A stretch of DNA of 64,000 nt from a virus (Duplodnaviria; Caudoviricetes). Shown piece after piece: positions 52,401 to 60,336 of the stretch; the stretch's first letter is position 1; each line of letters begins with the position of its first letter. Position numbers and translations under genes: made by a program. The stretch is taken from positions 2,193 to 66,192 of IMG/VR virus record IMGVR_UViG_3300020419_000014. One strand, 5' to 3'. Under the pieces are notes generated by a model, which worked only from the letters and a program-made list of their open reading frames with translations, did not search any database and was not told the DNA's origin.

Positions 52401-52654
52401 AAGATAATGAAAAAGGCGTAGATCTTGATACATGGCTCCGTAGTGAATTAAACATGAATACAAGAGACATGAATAGATATTACTGGGCAGAATTACGTAG
52501 AATAAAAGTGCCACATAATATAGGATCTAACGAATTACGAAGACTTAAATCAGATATGGGCGGTAGGGTATTTGATGAAAAAATTGCTCCTTTCTATGAT
52601 GACAAAGGTAAGTTTTTACCTAAAGGTAAACCTAAAGCGGACGCGAAAAAATGA
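49421..52654 (+). CDS. large multidomain protein: peptidoglycan-binding domain plus two annexin-like repeats
   Basis: ELQ..LG....G.YD..T..AV..YQ...GL.VDG.AGPNT; two GTDEK motifs. Confidence 0.75.
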   Translation: MENFISVSIPSRRAKKSVLEKMIASAGIHLNEGEPNYGVFQGEDKNIILKLELPQELNSKDSDIVAHNLSENLFDLGYDDFDIEISSDPSDETTLENTDWHTIDEAPIQIVQIGPNGEYVNFNIDKSLPSIEVKGPTGKPRRIHGTPAQLAKAQADLKKKGSQITKPIKAQGGVQGATFNKDGSINTGEPKDKEVTKKQPGSGPAPGSEEALMAIVNQYAKPGMTLADVDSMERAAVASEVQSAPDDANIFSKAFKGFMRFAKSKDWRVKFVLANAAEKMELPGLFNSRGSFIYMAEQSTDDESGNFDAGGPSSAAGTSLKDYMTLAKVGLLPASKIEKIQKAFANRPDDMKTVNAIVAAQKAATTKAPSGDLPGDGMTDVERQAKQGVDAAKAGVDSPGADAGKFDNLSQKEASQLLFDKLKQLRELMRNNPEPRSGIAENNKKILMRRLHGNHIFEDAAADKAIAELIADIELLMPKVSDANQRIAADAVRKASPYVKRHQAVSAAKPDLKKADKISSADDRVKRLNIPGNPLADFAKSGKGGLANDPDEQLAIDELQSYLGVPVTGKYDQATKDAVAKYQKENGLKVDGDAGPNTIAKMMGVDPQDLTDPNRSDAKQKSKEKSAADQRKADAKKDLKNGVAPEEEQTLENAIKFNWKKKSYYVSTTKVEKNEANNNIAWVFYKDEELKQGQKVATLGSHWEAQLEKELERRAAAGSKKAKDALEIINPEGKDDPKFAPAQTGGEADTDADVDAGIVEDIYDAVKTLTGTDEKQLFDAIGAIRDNAHYKTIARMFKKEYPNAIGGKYPTLAIWMRDDLEGWFFTADDLKKFDREMNRLGVNIKKPIPAEKVAKGETVKSGNKTVVGTGEPKDKPKDGGNPGGNQSTAKKDDSTTTDKKDDSTTTDKKDDSTTTDKKDDGGETASDDSKAKKPEKFSAEQETYMGKLAEKIMRAGDFGITTGGTDEKAIQSALSMIKTPGQYKKVDQYFKDLEDNEKGVDLDTWLRSELNMNTRDMNRYYWAELRRIKVPHNIGSNELRRLKSDMGGRVFDEKIAPFYDDKGKFLPKGKPKADAKK
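52087..52180 (+). repeat. 27-bp tandem repeat, about 3.5 copies (KKDDSTTTD)
   Basis: TAAGAAAGATGATAGCAC(G/A)ACAACTGA three times plus a partial copy. Confidence 0.95.
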
Positions 52655-53037
52655 AAATTTTTGAAATAACAGAAACACGTATTACTACAAAGCCAGTTAA
52701 AAAAGATGGTCGTACATATTATAAACATGACTATTCAGATACATTGTTTGCTAGTGAAAAGATGGCTAGAGATGATGAAAAAAGGAAGAAACCTGTTACT
52801 ACACAAAAATTAAGAACATTCGGTGGTAAATCTAGTGACGTTCAAGATTTTAAAGAAGTCACTCCAGAAGAACTTAAAAAAAGGTTAGCTGATATACTTG
52901 GTGCGTTAGGCAACAGTGGTGCTTTACAAAATTTAGAAAAAAACTTTAATCATATGCTAAAACAATTCAAAGGCGATATGGATAACATGGATCAAATGTT
53001 AAAGAAAAAAGAAGATGAACTAGGGTTATCGATATGA
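52651..53037 (+). CDS. putative internal head protein
   Basis: N-terminus MKIFEITE; ATGA overlap with the upstream gene. Confidence 0.7.
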   Translation: MKIFEITETRITTKPVKKDGRTYYKHDYSDTLFASEKMARDDEKRKKPVTTQKLRTFGGKSSDVQDFKEVTPEELKKRLADILGALGNSGALQNLEKNFNHMLKQFKGDMDNMDQMLKKKEDELGLSI

Positions 53038-53363
53038 GAATCGGTGAATTTACAGATAAAGAAGAATTACCATTTGACGTAGTTGAAGATACACTTGTAT
53101 TCATGCGTAATGATCCTATATTTTATCGCAAATATTATTATCCAAGTGTTTGTGAACTAGCAGACTGCCAACGTGCAGGTAAAGATGCAGATCCAAAAAA
53201 ATATCTTACAGCAATGATCGAAATGGGTTGCGATAACTATGTTAAAAAATATAATGTAGGACGTAATTCTGAAGAGGTTTTTACAGCAGAGGATAGATCA
53301 AATTTACTTCAAAGAATTAACGACGAAGAAACAGAGAATATTCGAAAAGGCGACTACACGTGA
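53034..53363 (+). CDS. putative internal head protein
   Basis: N-terminus MRIGEF; ATGA overlap. Confidence 0.7.
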   Translation: MRIGEFTDKEELPFDVVEDTLVFMRNDPIFYRKYYYPSVCELADCQRAGKDADPKKYLTAMIEMGCDNYVKKYNVGRNSEEVFTAEDRSNLLQRINDEETENIRKGDYT

Positions 53364-54322
53364 AAATCTATGAAGTTACAGGAACAAACAAAACAGCTTC
53401 TTTTGCACTAGGTAGGTTAAATCCAGCAACAATTGGACATGAATTACTTGTAAAAGCAATTAAAAAAGAAGAAGGTGATTCTTTCCTGTTCCTTACTGAT
53501 AGAGCTCCTAAACTTCCCAAAGATCCACTTACATCACAAGATAAATTAGACTGGGCTCGTAAGAGTTTTAATGGTATAAGTATTGGTCTTGCAAAGACTG
53601 TATTAATTGCGGCTGATAGATTATATAAAATGGGGTACAGAGACGTAGTATATTTAGAAGGCGTTGATCCTGAAAAGCCATTTCCTCTTTCAAAGCTAAT
53701 TAAAGACTACAATGGTGTTGCTAAAGAGTTACATGATTATAATTTTGATAGTATACGGGTAGTTCAACTACCAAGAGATGCAAGTGCGGCTGATGCAACT
53801 GGTATGAGTGGTACAAAGATGCGTGAATATGTAACTAATAATGATCTAGAAGGATTCAAAAAAGGTGTTACACAACTAGCACAACCATATGCAGAAGATG
53901 TATTTAAAAAACTACAAGGCATAATGGGTGTTGACTCTGTAGATAATACAGATATACAAGAAACCGAAATGAAAGATTTTTTCGGTAATACTATTGATCA
54001 AAAGGTATTAGATCATCCTAATTGGCATCCTGATTTAGCTCCGTTCTTTAAACCTGACGCTTTTGAAAATCACAGACGGGCTATTAAAAAAGCTATTATG
54101 AGAGCAAAGGCTTCTAAAAAGAATGAAGGTGTTTTTGATTTTTTAAACTTCTCAGGTGATGAAATGGAAAAGCAATACATTCCATTTGTAATTAAAAATA
54201 TACGTCGATATGGAGATCGAAGAACAAAGACAATGTTAGTTAAGAAATTTCCTGACATTAAACCCGTTGATGTTAACCGAGCAATAAAACAAGCATTAGA
54301 AATTATACACAAGCGAGGTTAG
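53360..54322 (+). CDS. cytidyltransferase/NMNAT-like (HIGH-fold) nucleotidyltransferase with extra C-terminal modules
   Basis: GRLNPATIGHELL, KDPL, GMSGTKMR; N-terminus MKIYEV. Confidence 0.8.
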   Translation: MKIYEVTGTNKTASFALGRLNPATIGHELLVKAIKKEEGDSFLFLTDRAPKLPKDPLTSQDKLDWARKSFNGISIGLAKTVLIAADRLYKMGYRDVVYLEGVDPEKPFPLSKLIKDYNGVAKELHDYNFDSIRVVQLPRDASAADATGMSGTKMREYVTNNDLEGFKKGVTQLAQPYAEDVFKKLQGIMGVDSVDNTDIQETEMKDFFGNTIDQKVLDHPNWHPDLAPFFKPDAFENHRRAIKKAIMRAKASKKNEGVFDFLNFSGDEMEKQYIPFVIKNIRRYGDRRTKTMLVKKFPDIKPVDVNRAIKQALEIIHKRG

Positions 54323-54325
54323 TCA

Positions 54326-54544
54326 ATGGATGAACTAGAACACATCAAAAAACTAGCTGGTGTTAACGAATTCAAAGGTTATACAGAATATCAAATAGAT
54401 GAAAATCCTAGTATAACAGCAGCAGGAATCAAAAAGAAAGAAAAGAAATTAGGGCTTAAACCAGGAGATCCTGATTGGTTTAAATTATGGTTCAGTAAAC
54501 CATACATGACAGGGGCAGCACAATTTAGAGGAAGAAAAAAATGA
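54326..54544 (+). CDS. small protein with KLAG motif
   Basis: IKKLAGVNE; KPG.P.WFKLWFS. Confidence 0.75.
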   Translation: MDELEHIKKLAGVNEFKGYTEYQIDENPSITAAGIKKKEKKLGLKPGDPDWFKLWFSKPYMTGAAQFRGRKK

Positions 54545-54780
54545 AAATGTTTCTAATAGTAATTGCAATGATTGCTACTCCGGGTGCGGCAGATACTGAT
54601 CTATATGTAATTCAAGAGCCAAACTTTACCCATCCTCAACAATGCTTACAATTTGTTCAAACAAATACGTTTACATTAATAAGTAAAGCAAAATCAGTTT
54701 ATCCTACACAAGAAGTAGAAAATATATACTGTATTACTGAAGAAAAGTTAAAAGTTTTAATTAGTGGAACGCAAGCATGA
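54541..54780 (+). CDS. small protein with signal-peptide-like N-terminus
   Basis: Hydrophobic N-terminus, two Cys. Confidence 0.6.
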   Translation: MKMFLIVIAMIATPGAADTDLYVIQEPNFTHPQQCLQFVQTNTFTLISKAKSVYPTQEVENIYCITEEKLKVLISGTQA

Positions 54781-57700
54781 AATTTAACGACTTCAAAATT
54801 GTAGAAAAAACTACTGGAAAAAGAGATTTTTCAGCAGATCTTAAACACGGTGAAAAACTGGGCTTGGTTAAAAAACATCGCAGTGGTGAGATTCGTAGTA
54901 TACAAACTCCTAAGATTGGTGGCGTACAAGCAAAGCAAACTTTTAGACCTGACAGTACTCCTGGATATCAACAAGTAACATATGATAATCCTAAACAAGG
55001 TACAAATATTGATGTAAAAGGTTCACCTGAAACAGGCTATTCAACCAGTGCGACACAAAAGGTAGGCGACGTAACACTTGGAGCAAAGCAGAAGTATAGT
55101 GGTCAAAATACATTTACGGCACAGCACAAAAAGAAAAAATTTAGTAAATCGTTCGACAAAGAAGGCAATCCGATAAAAGAAGACGGACGTATAGTTAAAG
55201 GTGTTAACACTACTGCTGATGTTGGCGTTAATGCTATCAAGAAACAAGCGGCCAAGTTTGGAAACAAAGTAGACAAAGACGGTCGTCCACCTACACTTAG
55301 TAAAAAAGTTAAAGGTAAAAGTACAAACGTACTGTTTAATTTAGGATTAGCTGAAAGTAATCGCCAACGTAATTTAATAGATTTTGTAAAGTTTTGTAAA
55401 GAGCAATTAGATCTTAAGTCTAGCCCGCCAATTAAATTTGTAAGTGATACAGAAGATACTACGTTTGGTTATTTTGATAACGACAATAAGAATATTGTAA
55501 TACAAAATACTGGTAGACATCAAATGGATGTAATGCGTACTGTTGCTCACGAACTAGTACACTATAAACAAGATAAAGTATACAATAGAGAGCTTAACGG
55601 AGAAGATGGCAGTCCAGATGAAAACCAAGCAAATGCACTTGCAGGAGTAATTCTTAGACGATGGGGGCAAAAGAATCCAACATTGTTTACCGAATCGGTT
55701 GACGAAAACACCCAAAGTAGTGTATACTTTACTAATATGCAAGAACAATTAGGAGAAATTGCTAAAACTACAGAAATATACGTAGATATGGACGGAGTGT
55801 TGGCTGACTTCTTTGGAGAGTGGACAAAGCTGATGAACGTAGATCATTGGTCAAAAATTGACAATGATGGTCTTCCACAAGCATTACAAAAAATTAGAGA
55901 TACAGACGAATTTTGGTTGAAATTGCCGTTGTTACCGCAAGCGAAAGAATTACTGACTTTAATTAAAAATATAAAAGGTGAATACAATATTTGCTCAAGT
56001 CCACTAGCAGATGATCCTAATTCAGAACCACACAAACGTGAATGGATTAAAAAGAATTTAAGTTTCTTTCCGCCAAAAAATGTTTATATTACACATGACA
56101 AACCGCAGTTTGCGAAAAATGCAGATGGCACATCTAATATATTAATAGACGACTTTGGTAGAAATGTTAAGCAATGGGAAGATGCCGGTGGTATAGGGTT
56201 TAAGTATAAAGACCATAAATTTGAACGTACAGCAAAGCAATTACAAAAACACATAGCTGAAGAAAAAATGAGTAAGTCTGATATTAAATCAGCACATAAA
56301 AAAGCTGACAAACTTAAAAGTAAACCTAAAGCAAAAAAGTCTATATCAAACTGGGCTAAAGAAAAAGGAATGGATCCTGAAGGTGCTATTTACGCAATAG
56401 CTATGAATCAACAAAAGAAAAAAGCATCTGAATCTTATGCAAGAAGTGAACTTCCACAAATTACAAAAAAACATTTAAAAACATTTCCACATGTTATAGA
56501 AACAGCTTTATTAAAAAAAATTATTCCTGTACAAAAAGAAAGACTAAAAGAAAATTTTCATAAACAATTAAAAAGAATACATAAAGGAATATATAATCCT
56601 ATTGTTGTTGATAGTAATTATAAAATAGTTAACGGTCATCATAGATATGATATTATGAAATTAATTGAAATGAAAAAAATTACTGTTGCTAAACTTCCTT
56701 TTACTTTAGAACGTCTTTTAGAAGTGTTAGATCAAAAAAAAAATCTTGACGGTTTACTAACACCACAGCTAAAATCATTACACAAAATTTTTAAACAAAA
56801 TAAACATGAGCTACGTGTCGTAGGTGGTGCAGTTCGTGATATTGCTTTAGGTAAACAACCTAAAGATATCGATCTTGCTACTGATGCTACACCTGAGGAG
56901 ATGATTAATATATTTAAAAAAGCAAGTATTAGACATATACCAACAGGAATAGAACATGGTACTATTACCGCAGTTATAGATAAAGAACCATATGAAATTA
57001 CCACATTAAGATCAGATGTTGAAACAGATGGTAGACGAGCTAAAGTAAAATTTGTAAGAAACTGGAAAGCAGACGCACAACGTAGAGACTTAACCTATAA
57101 TGCAATGAGTTTAGACTTCGATGGAAAGATACATGACTATTTTAACGGCATGGACGACTTGCAAAACAAAGTTAGTAAGTTTGTTGGAGATCCTGAGGAA
57201 CGCATTAAAGAAGACTATTTGCGTATACTACGTTATTTTAGATTTCAAGGACGATTAACAAGTCCAAATTGGGAAGAAAATGTAATTAGTGCTGTAAAGA
57301 AAAACTCTAGTGGACTAAAAAATATTAGTTCAGAAAGAGTTTGGCTAGAAATGAGCAAAATACTATCCGGTAGAAATATAAAAGACATTTTAAAATACAT
57401 GGGCAAAACAGGTGTTGCTAAAAATATAGATTTGCCTATAAAAAATGCTAATAAAGTTGTTGACAATGATAACTCAATAATAAACCTAGCAAGACTAGTA
57501 GATGACGCTTCTTTAGCAAAAAAATGGAAGTTTAGTAAAGAAGAACATACTACATTACTTACATTAGTTAATAATAAAGATACTAAACTTACACAAAAAT
57601 CTGCAGAGAACTTATTAGTAGACGGCAAGAATAAAGAAATACTTGCTAAACTTGCATTATTACAGGGCGATAAACAACTAGCAATATATATTAATAACTT

Positions 57701-58427
57701 TGAAGTACCTGTATTTCCAGTCACTGGTAATGACTTAATAGCTATGGGATATAAAAGCGGGCCTGAACTAGGACAAACACTTAACAAAGTAAAATCTGCG
57801 TGGAAACAAAGTAACTTTACAGCAAACAAAGACGATCTTTTGCAAAACTTAAATGAAGATATAAAACCTACTAAACCTAATTTTGAATTTGAGTGGGGTG
57901 AAGCTCAACGATATCCAGAATTCAGAGAATTAGGCAAAGACGAATGGATTAAACTAGCAAAAAAAGGTAAAATATACACCTTAACTAAAAAAGATATAAA
58001 AGATATCCATAATACAGATGCTGGCAATATGGGCAGTTTTGAAAAATTAGAAATAGCTAAACAAATAAGAGTATTAGATAAACTTAAAAAAGGCGAATAC
58101 GAATTACCAATAGTTGCTATGTATAGCGATGGTTGGTTAGAGTTAGTTGGTGGAAACACACGTCTTACTGCTATGATGGGCATGCAAGGACAAGCTAAGA
58201 TATGGGTATTTAAAGTACCAGACAAGGTTGCAAATTTAGCAATTAAAGAAAACTTTGCAGATGGTAAGAAAAAAGGCAAATCACGTCCTGGCAGAGTCAA
58301 ACGTTCTGGTGCAAGTTGCAAAGGATCAGTTACAAGTCTAAGAGCAAAGGCTAAAAAAGCAAGCGGTGAACGTGCTAAGATGTATCATTGGTGTGCTAAC
58401 ATGAAAAGTGGTCGTAAGAAATCTTAA
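54777..58427 (+). CDS. cca: polyprotein: zincin peptidase + HAD 5'(3')-nucleotidase + ParB/Srx-like + CCA-adding tRNA nucleotidyltransferase + ParB/Srx-like + basic C-terminal module
   Basis: HELVH (55548), DMDGVLAD (55785)...ILIDD, PIVV...NGHHR (56634), VGGAVRD..DIDLAT (56823), RRD, EDYLR (57210), PIV...GGNTR (58149). Confidence 0.88.
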   Translation: MKFNDFKIVEKTTGKRDFSADLKHGEKLGLVKKHRSGEIRSIQTPKIGGVQAKQTFRPDSTPGYQQVTYDNPKQGTNIDVKGSPETGYSTSATQKVGDVTLGAKQKYSGQNTFTAQHKKKKFSKSFDKEGNPIKEDGRIVKGVNTTADVGVNAIKKQAAKFGNKVDKDGRPPTLSKKVKGKSTNVLFNLGLAESNRQRNLIDFVKFCKEQLDLKSSPPIKFVSDTEDTTFGYFDNDNKNIVIQNTGRHQMDVMRTVAHELVHYKQDKVYNRELNGEDGSPDENQANALAGVILRRWGQKNPTLFTESVDENTQSSVYFTNMQEQLGEIAKTTEIYVDMDGVLADFFGEWTKLMNVDHWSKIDNDGLPQALQKIRDTDEFWLKLPLLPQAKELLTLIKNIKGEYNICSSPLADDPNSEPHKREWIKKNLSFFPPKNVYITHDKPQFAKNADGTSNILIDDFGRNVKQWEDAGGIGFKYKDHKFERTAKQLQKHIAEEKMSKSDIKSAHKKADKLKSKPKAKKSISNWAKEKGMDPEGAIYAIAMNQQKKKASESYARSELPQITKKHLKTFPHVIETALLKKIIPVQKERLKENFHKQLKRIHKGIYNPIVVDSNYKIVNGHHRYDIMKLIEMKKITVAKLPFTLERLLEVLDQKKNLDGLLTPQLKSLHKIFKQNKHELRVVGGAVRDIALGKQPKDIDLATDATPEEMINIFKKASIRHIPTGIEHGTITAVIDKEPYEITTLRSDVETDGRRAKVKFVRNWKADAQRRDLTYNAMSLDFDGKIHDYFNGMDDLQNKVSKFVGDPEERIKEDYLRILRYFRFQGRLTSPNWEENVISAVKKNSSGLKNISSERVWLEMSKILSGRNIKDILKYMGKTGVAKNIDLPIKNANKVVDNDNSIINLARLVDDASLAKKWKFSKEEHTTLLTLVNNKDTKLTQKSAENLLVDGKNKEILAKLALLQGDKQLAIYINNFEVPVFPVTGNDLIAMGYKSGPELGQTLNKVKSAWKQSNFTANKDDLLQNLNEDIKPTKPNFEFEWGEAQRYPEFRELGKDEWIKLAKKGKIYTLTKKDIKDIHNTDAGNMGSFEKLEIAKQIRVLDKLKKGEYELPIVAMYSDGWLELVGGNTRLTAMMGMQGQAKIWVFKVPDKVANLAIKENFADGKKKGKSRPGRVKRSGASCKGSVTSLRAKAKKASGERAKMYHWCANMKSGRKKS
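55699..55728 (+). promoter_or_regulatory. candidate internal sigma70 promoter in a polyprotein linker
   Basis: TTGACG(55699-55704)-N18-TATACT(55723-55728); in-frame ATG at 55737. Confidence 0.5.
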
Positions 58428-58468
58428 AGTGTAGCAAAATCAGCTAAATATTAAGAGAGGTAATAACT

Positions 58469-59380
58469 ATGAGATTCAGTGAAATAATAGCAGAAGTTAA
58501 ATTAGAAGAAAAATTTAAACTTCAACGTAAAGGTTCTAAAGGGCCAGCAGTTAAAGAAATGCAAAAAATGCTGATTTCTTTAGGTTATTTAAAACCAACA
58601 TGGACTAGTAAACGCTCTGGCAAAGAATTTCCTAGCGACGACGGAAACTTTGGTAGCGGAACTGCAAGAGCAGTCAAAGCATTCCAACAAGCAGAAGGAC
58701 TAAAAGTAGATGGGCTAGTAGGTGGAAATACTATAAAAGCTATGATGAAGATTGCTGATCGTAAAGAAAAAGATGAATTAGTTTCAAAAAGAGACGCAAC
58801 AGTAGGCAAGTCTAAAGCAGAATTAGATAGTATGATTGGCAAAGTTTTAAAGAAAAGAGAAGATAAAAAAATTGCAGATTTAGTTGATCAAAAGATTAAA
58901 GGAAAAATGCGTAATCCAGAAATGTACGATGATTTAAAAGCATTAATATCTGCCAAAGGCAAAGTAAGTGGCGAAGAATTTGGTAAACTTGCAAGGCAAT
59001 ATGTAAATAAAGACCTCGCAAAATACGTAAAAAAATTAGACTTTTCAGGTGCTTTAGATTTTATGCTACAAAAAACAACTATGTTGCCGCCGGCTGAAAG
59101 AAAAAATGTTGTAGGACAAGTTATGGCAATGCGGAATGAAATATTAGCAGTCAAAAAAATGACTCCTGATCAAGCTGTTGCTAAACATGGAGATGATAAA
59201 CAAAAAGCTAAAATGGCAGGGTTAAACAAAGAATTAGATAGATTAAACAAAAGAGAAAAAGAAATTGATAACAGAACATTAGACGGTGTACCTGTTGGAG
59301 ACAAAGCAAAAAAAGATTTTGAAAAGAAAGTGACACCAAGAACACCATACGATATGGCAAAACAAGGGATGTCAACATGA
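58469..59380 (+). CDS. peptidoglycan-binding-domain protein, putative internal head protein
   Basis: N-terminus MRFSEIIAE; LQRKGSKGPAVKEMQ..L...DG.FG..T..AV.AFQ...GL.VDG.VG; TAAATA at 58445. Confidence 0.8.
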   Translation: MRFSEIIAEVKLEEKFKLQRKGSKGPAVKEMQKMLISLGYLKPTWTSKRSGKEFPSDDGNFGSGTARAVKAFQQAEGLKVDGLVGGNTIKAMMKIADRKEKDELVSKRDATVGKSKAELDSMIGKVLKKREDKKIADLVDQKIKGKMRNPEMYDDLKALISAKGKVSGEEFGKLARQYVNKDLAKYVKKLDFSGALDFMLQKTTMLPPAERKNVVGQVMAMRNEILAVKKMTPDQAVAKHGDDKQKAKMAGLNKELDRLNKREKEIDNRTLDGVPVGDKAKKDFEKKVTPRTPYDMAKQGMST

Positions 59381-60261
59381 ACATAAGAGATCTTACAGAA
59401 GAAGCAAGTGGAATGGGTACGGCAAGTATTGCTGTAGCACCAGTAGGAGTTGGTGGTATGCAAAAACGTAACCCTGATGGTACGGCCGTAAATGCACTTG
59501 ATCAAGATAATTTACTGGGTGGTACTAAAAAGAAAAAGAAGAAGAAAAAACTCAGTGAACATGAAGGCATAAATACAATAGCAGAAGGAAAAAAGCCGTG
59601 GTTTAAGGACGGTGTTCCAATGTGCAGTAAAGAATGTTGTGGCACACCTGTTATGGAGTGTACATGCGATGATAACTGTAAACATTGTAATTGTAGTGAG
59701 CTTAAAAAAATGATGAAGGAAAATAATATGTCAGACACTAATAAAAAGGGTTCTTCAATCAAAGAGGGTTTAGCAGATCTAGCACAGGTCGCAGAACGTG
59801 ATCATGAAGTGCAAATGGCTAGGGCAGACCTTTATAAAATAGCCAAATATTCAATCAAATTACATGAAATGCTGAAAACAGTATCTGAACAAGAAGGTTT
59901 AGAAGGCTGGGTACAATCAAAAATTACTAAAGCAGCAGACTACATGGGTAGTGTATATCATCACTTAGATTATGATATGAAATTCGCAGAAGAAGTTGTA
60001 TCAGAAAAAGCAGTTAAAGAAGGTGACGGTATCTATCATGATTGTGCAAAAAGTTTTAAACACCCTACATACGGTGAGTGTACAGTAATTCCTGGAGAAC
60101 ATACTTTATTTGAAGATGGAACAGTTACACACTATAATGCAACATTTACTAGTTGTGGTCAAGAATATATTGTAAACAATGTTCCTATTAATAGAATGAC
60201 AGACATAGTATACGAAGGTCATTCACATATGCCAATGAAAAAGAAAAAAGGGAAAAAATAA
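59377..60261 (+). CDS. modular putative head protein with Cys-rich segment
   Basis: N-terminus MNIRDLTEE; CSKECCG....ECTCDDNCKHCNC; DHEVQMARADL...WVQSKITKAADY. Confidence 0.75.
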   Translation: MNIRDLTEEASGMGTASIAVAPVGVGGMQKRNPDGTAVNALDQDNLLGGTKKKKKKKKLSEHEGINTIAEGKKPWFKDGVPMCSKECCGTPVMECTCDDNCKHCNCSELKKMMKENNMSDTNKKGSSIKEGLADLAQVAERDHEVQMARADLYKIAKYSIKLHEMLKTVSEQEGLEGWVQSKITKAADYMGSVYHHLDYDMKFAEEVVSEKAVKEGDGIYHDCAKSFKHPTYGECTVIPGEHTLFEDGTVTHYNATFTSCGQEYIVNNVPINRMTDIVYEGHSHMPMKKKKGKK

Positions 60262-60263
60262 AA

Positions 60264-60323
60264 ATGTGTAATAATCCAAATTGTAAATGCGACAAATGCA
60301 CTTGCGACGACTGCGGGTGTTAA
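60264..60323 (+). CDS. metallothionein-like micropeptide (19 aa), missing from the ORF track
   Basis: MCNNPNCKCDKCTCDDCGC (7 Cys); fills the gap between two genes, with AAGGGA upstream. Confidence 0.6.
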   Translation: MCNNPNCKCDKCTCDDCGC

Positions 60324-60336
60324 ACAGGAGATTAAC

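Noticed and set aside
54541-54780. Counting ORF 54541 (MKMFLIV) as a capsid-tagged protein
   Set aside because: It lacks the acidic residue and reads as a hydrophobic signal peptide.
56746-56775. TTGACG-N18-TAAAAT before the CCA domain as a second internal promoter
   Set aside because: No convincing in-frame start lies between it and the catalytic GGAVRD motif (the nearby ATG is out of frame), so chance is likely in AT-rich DNA.
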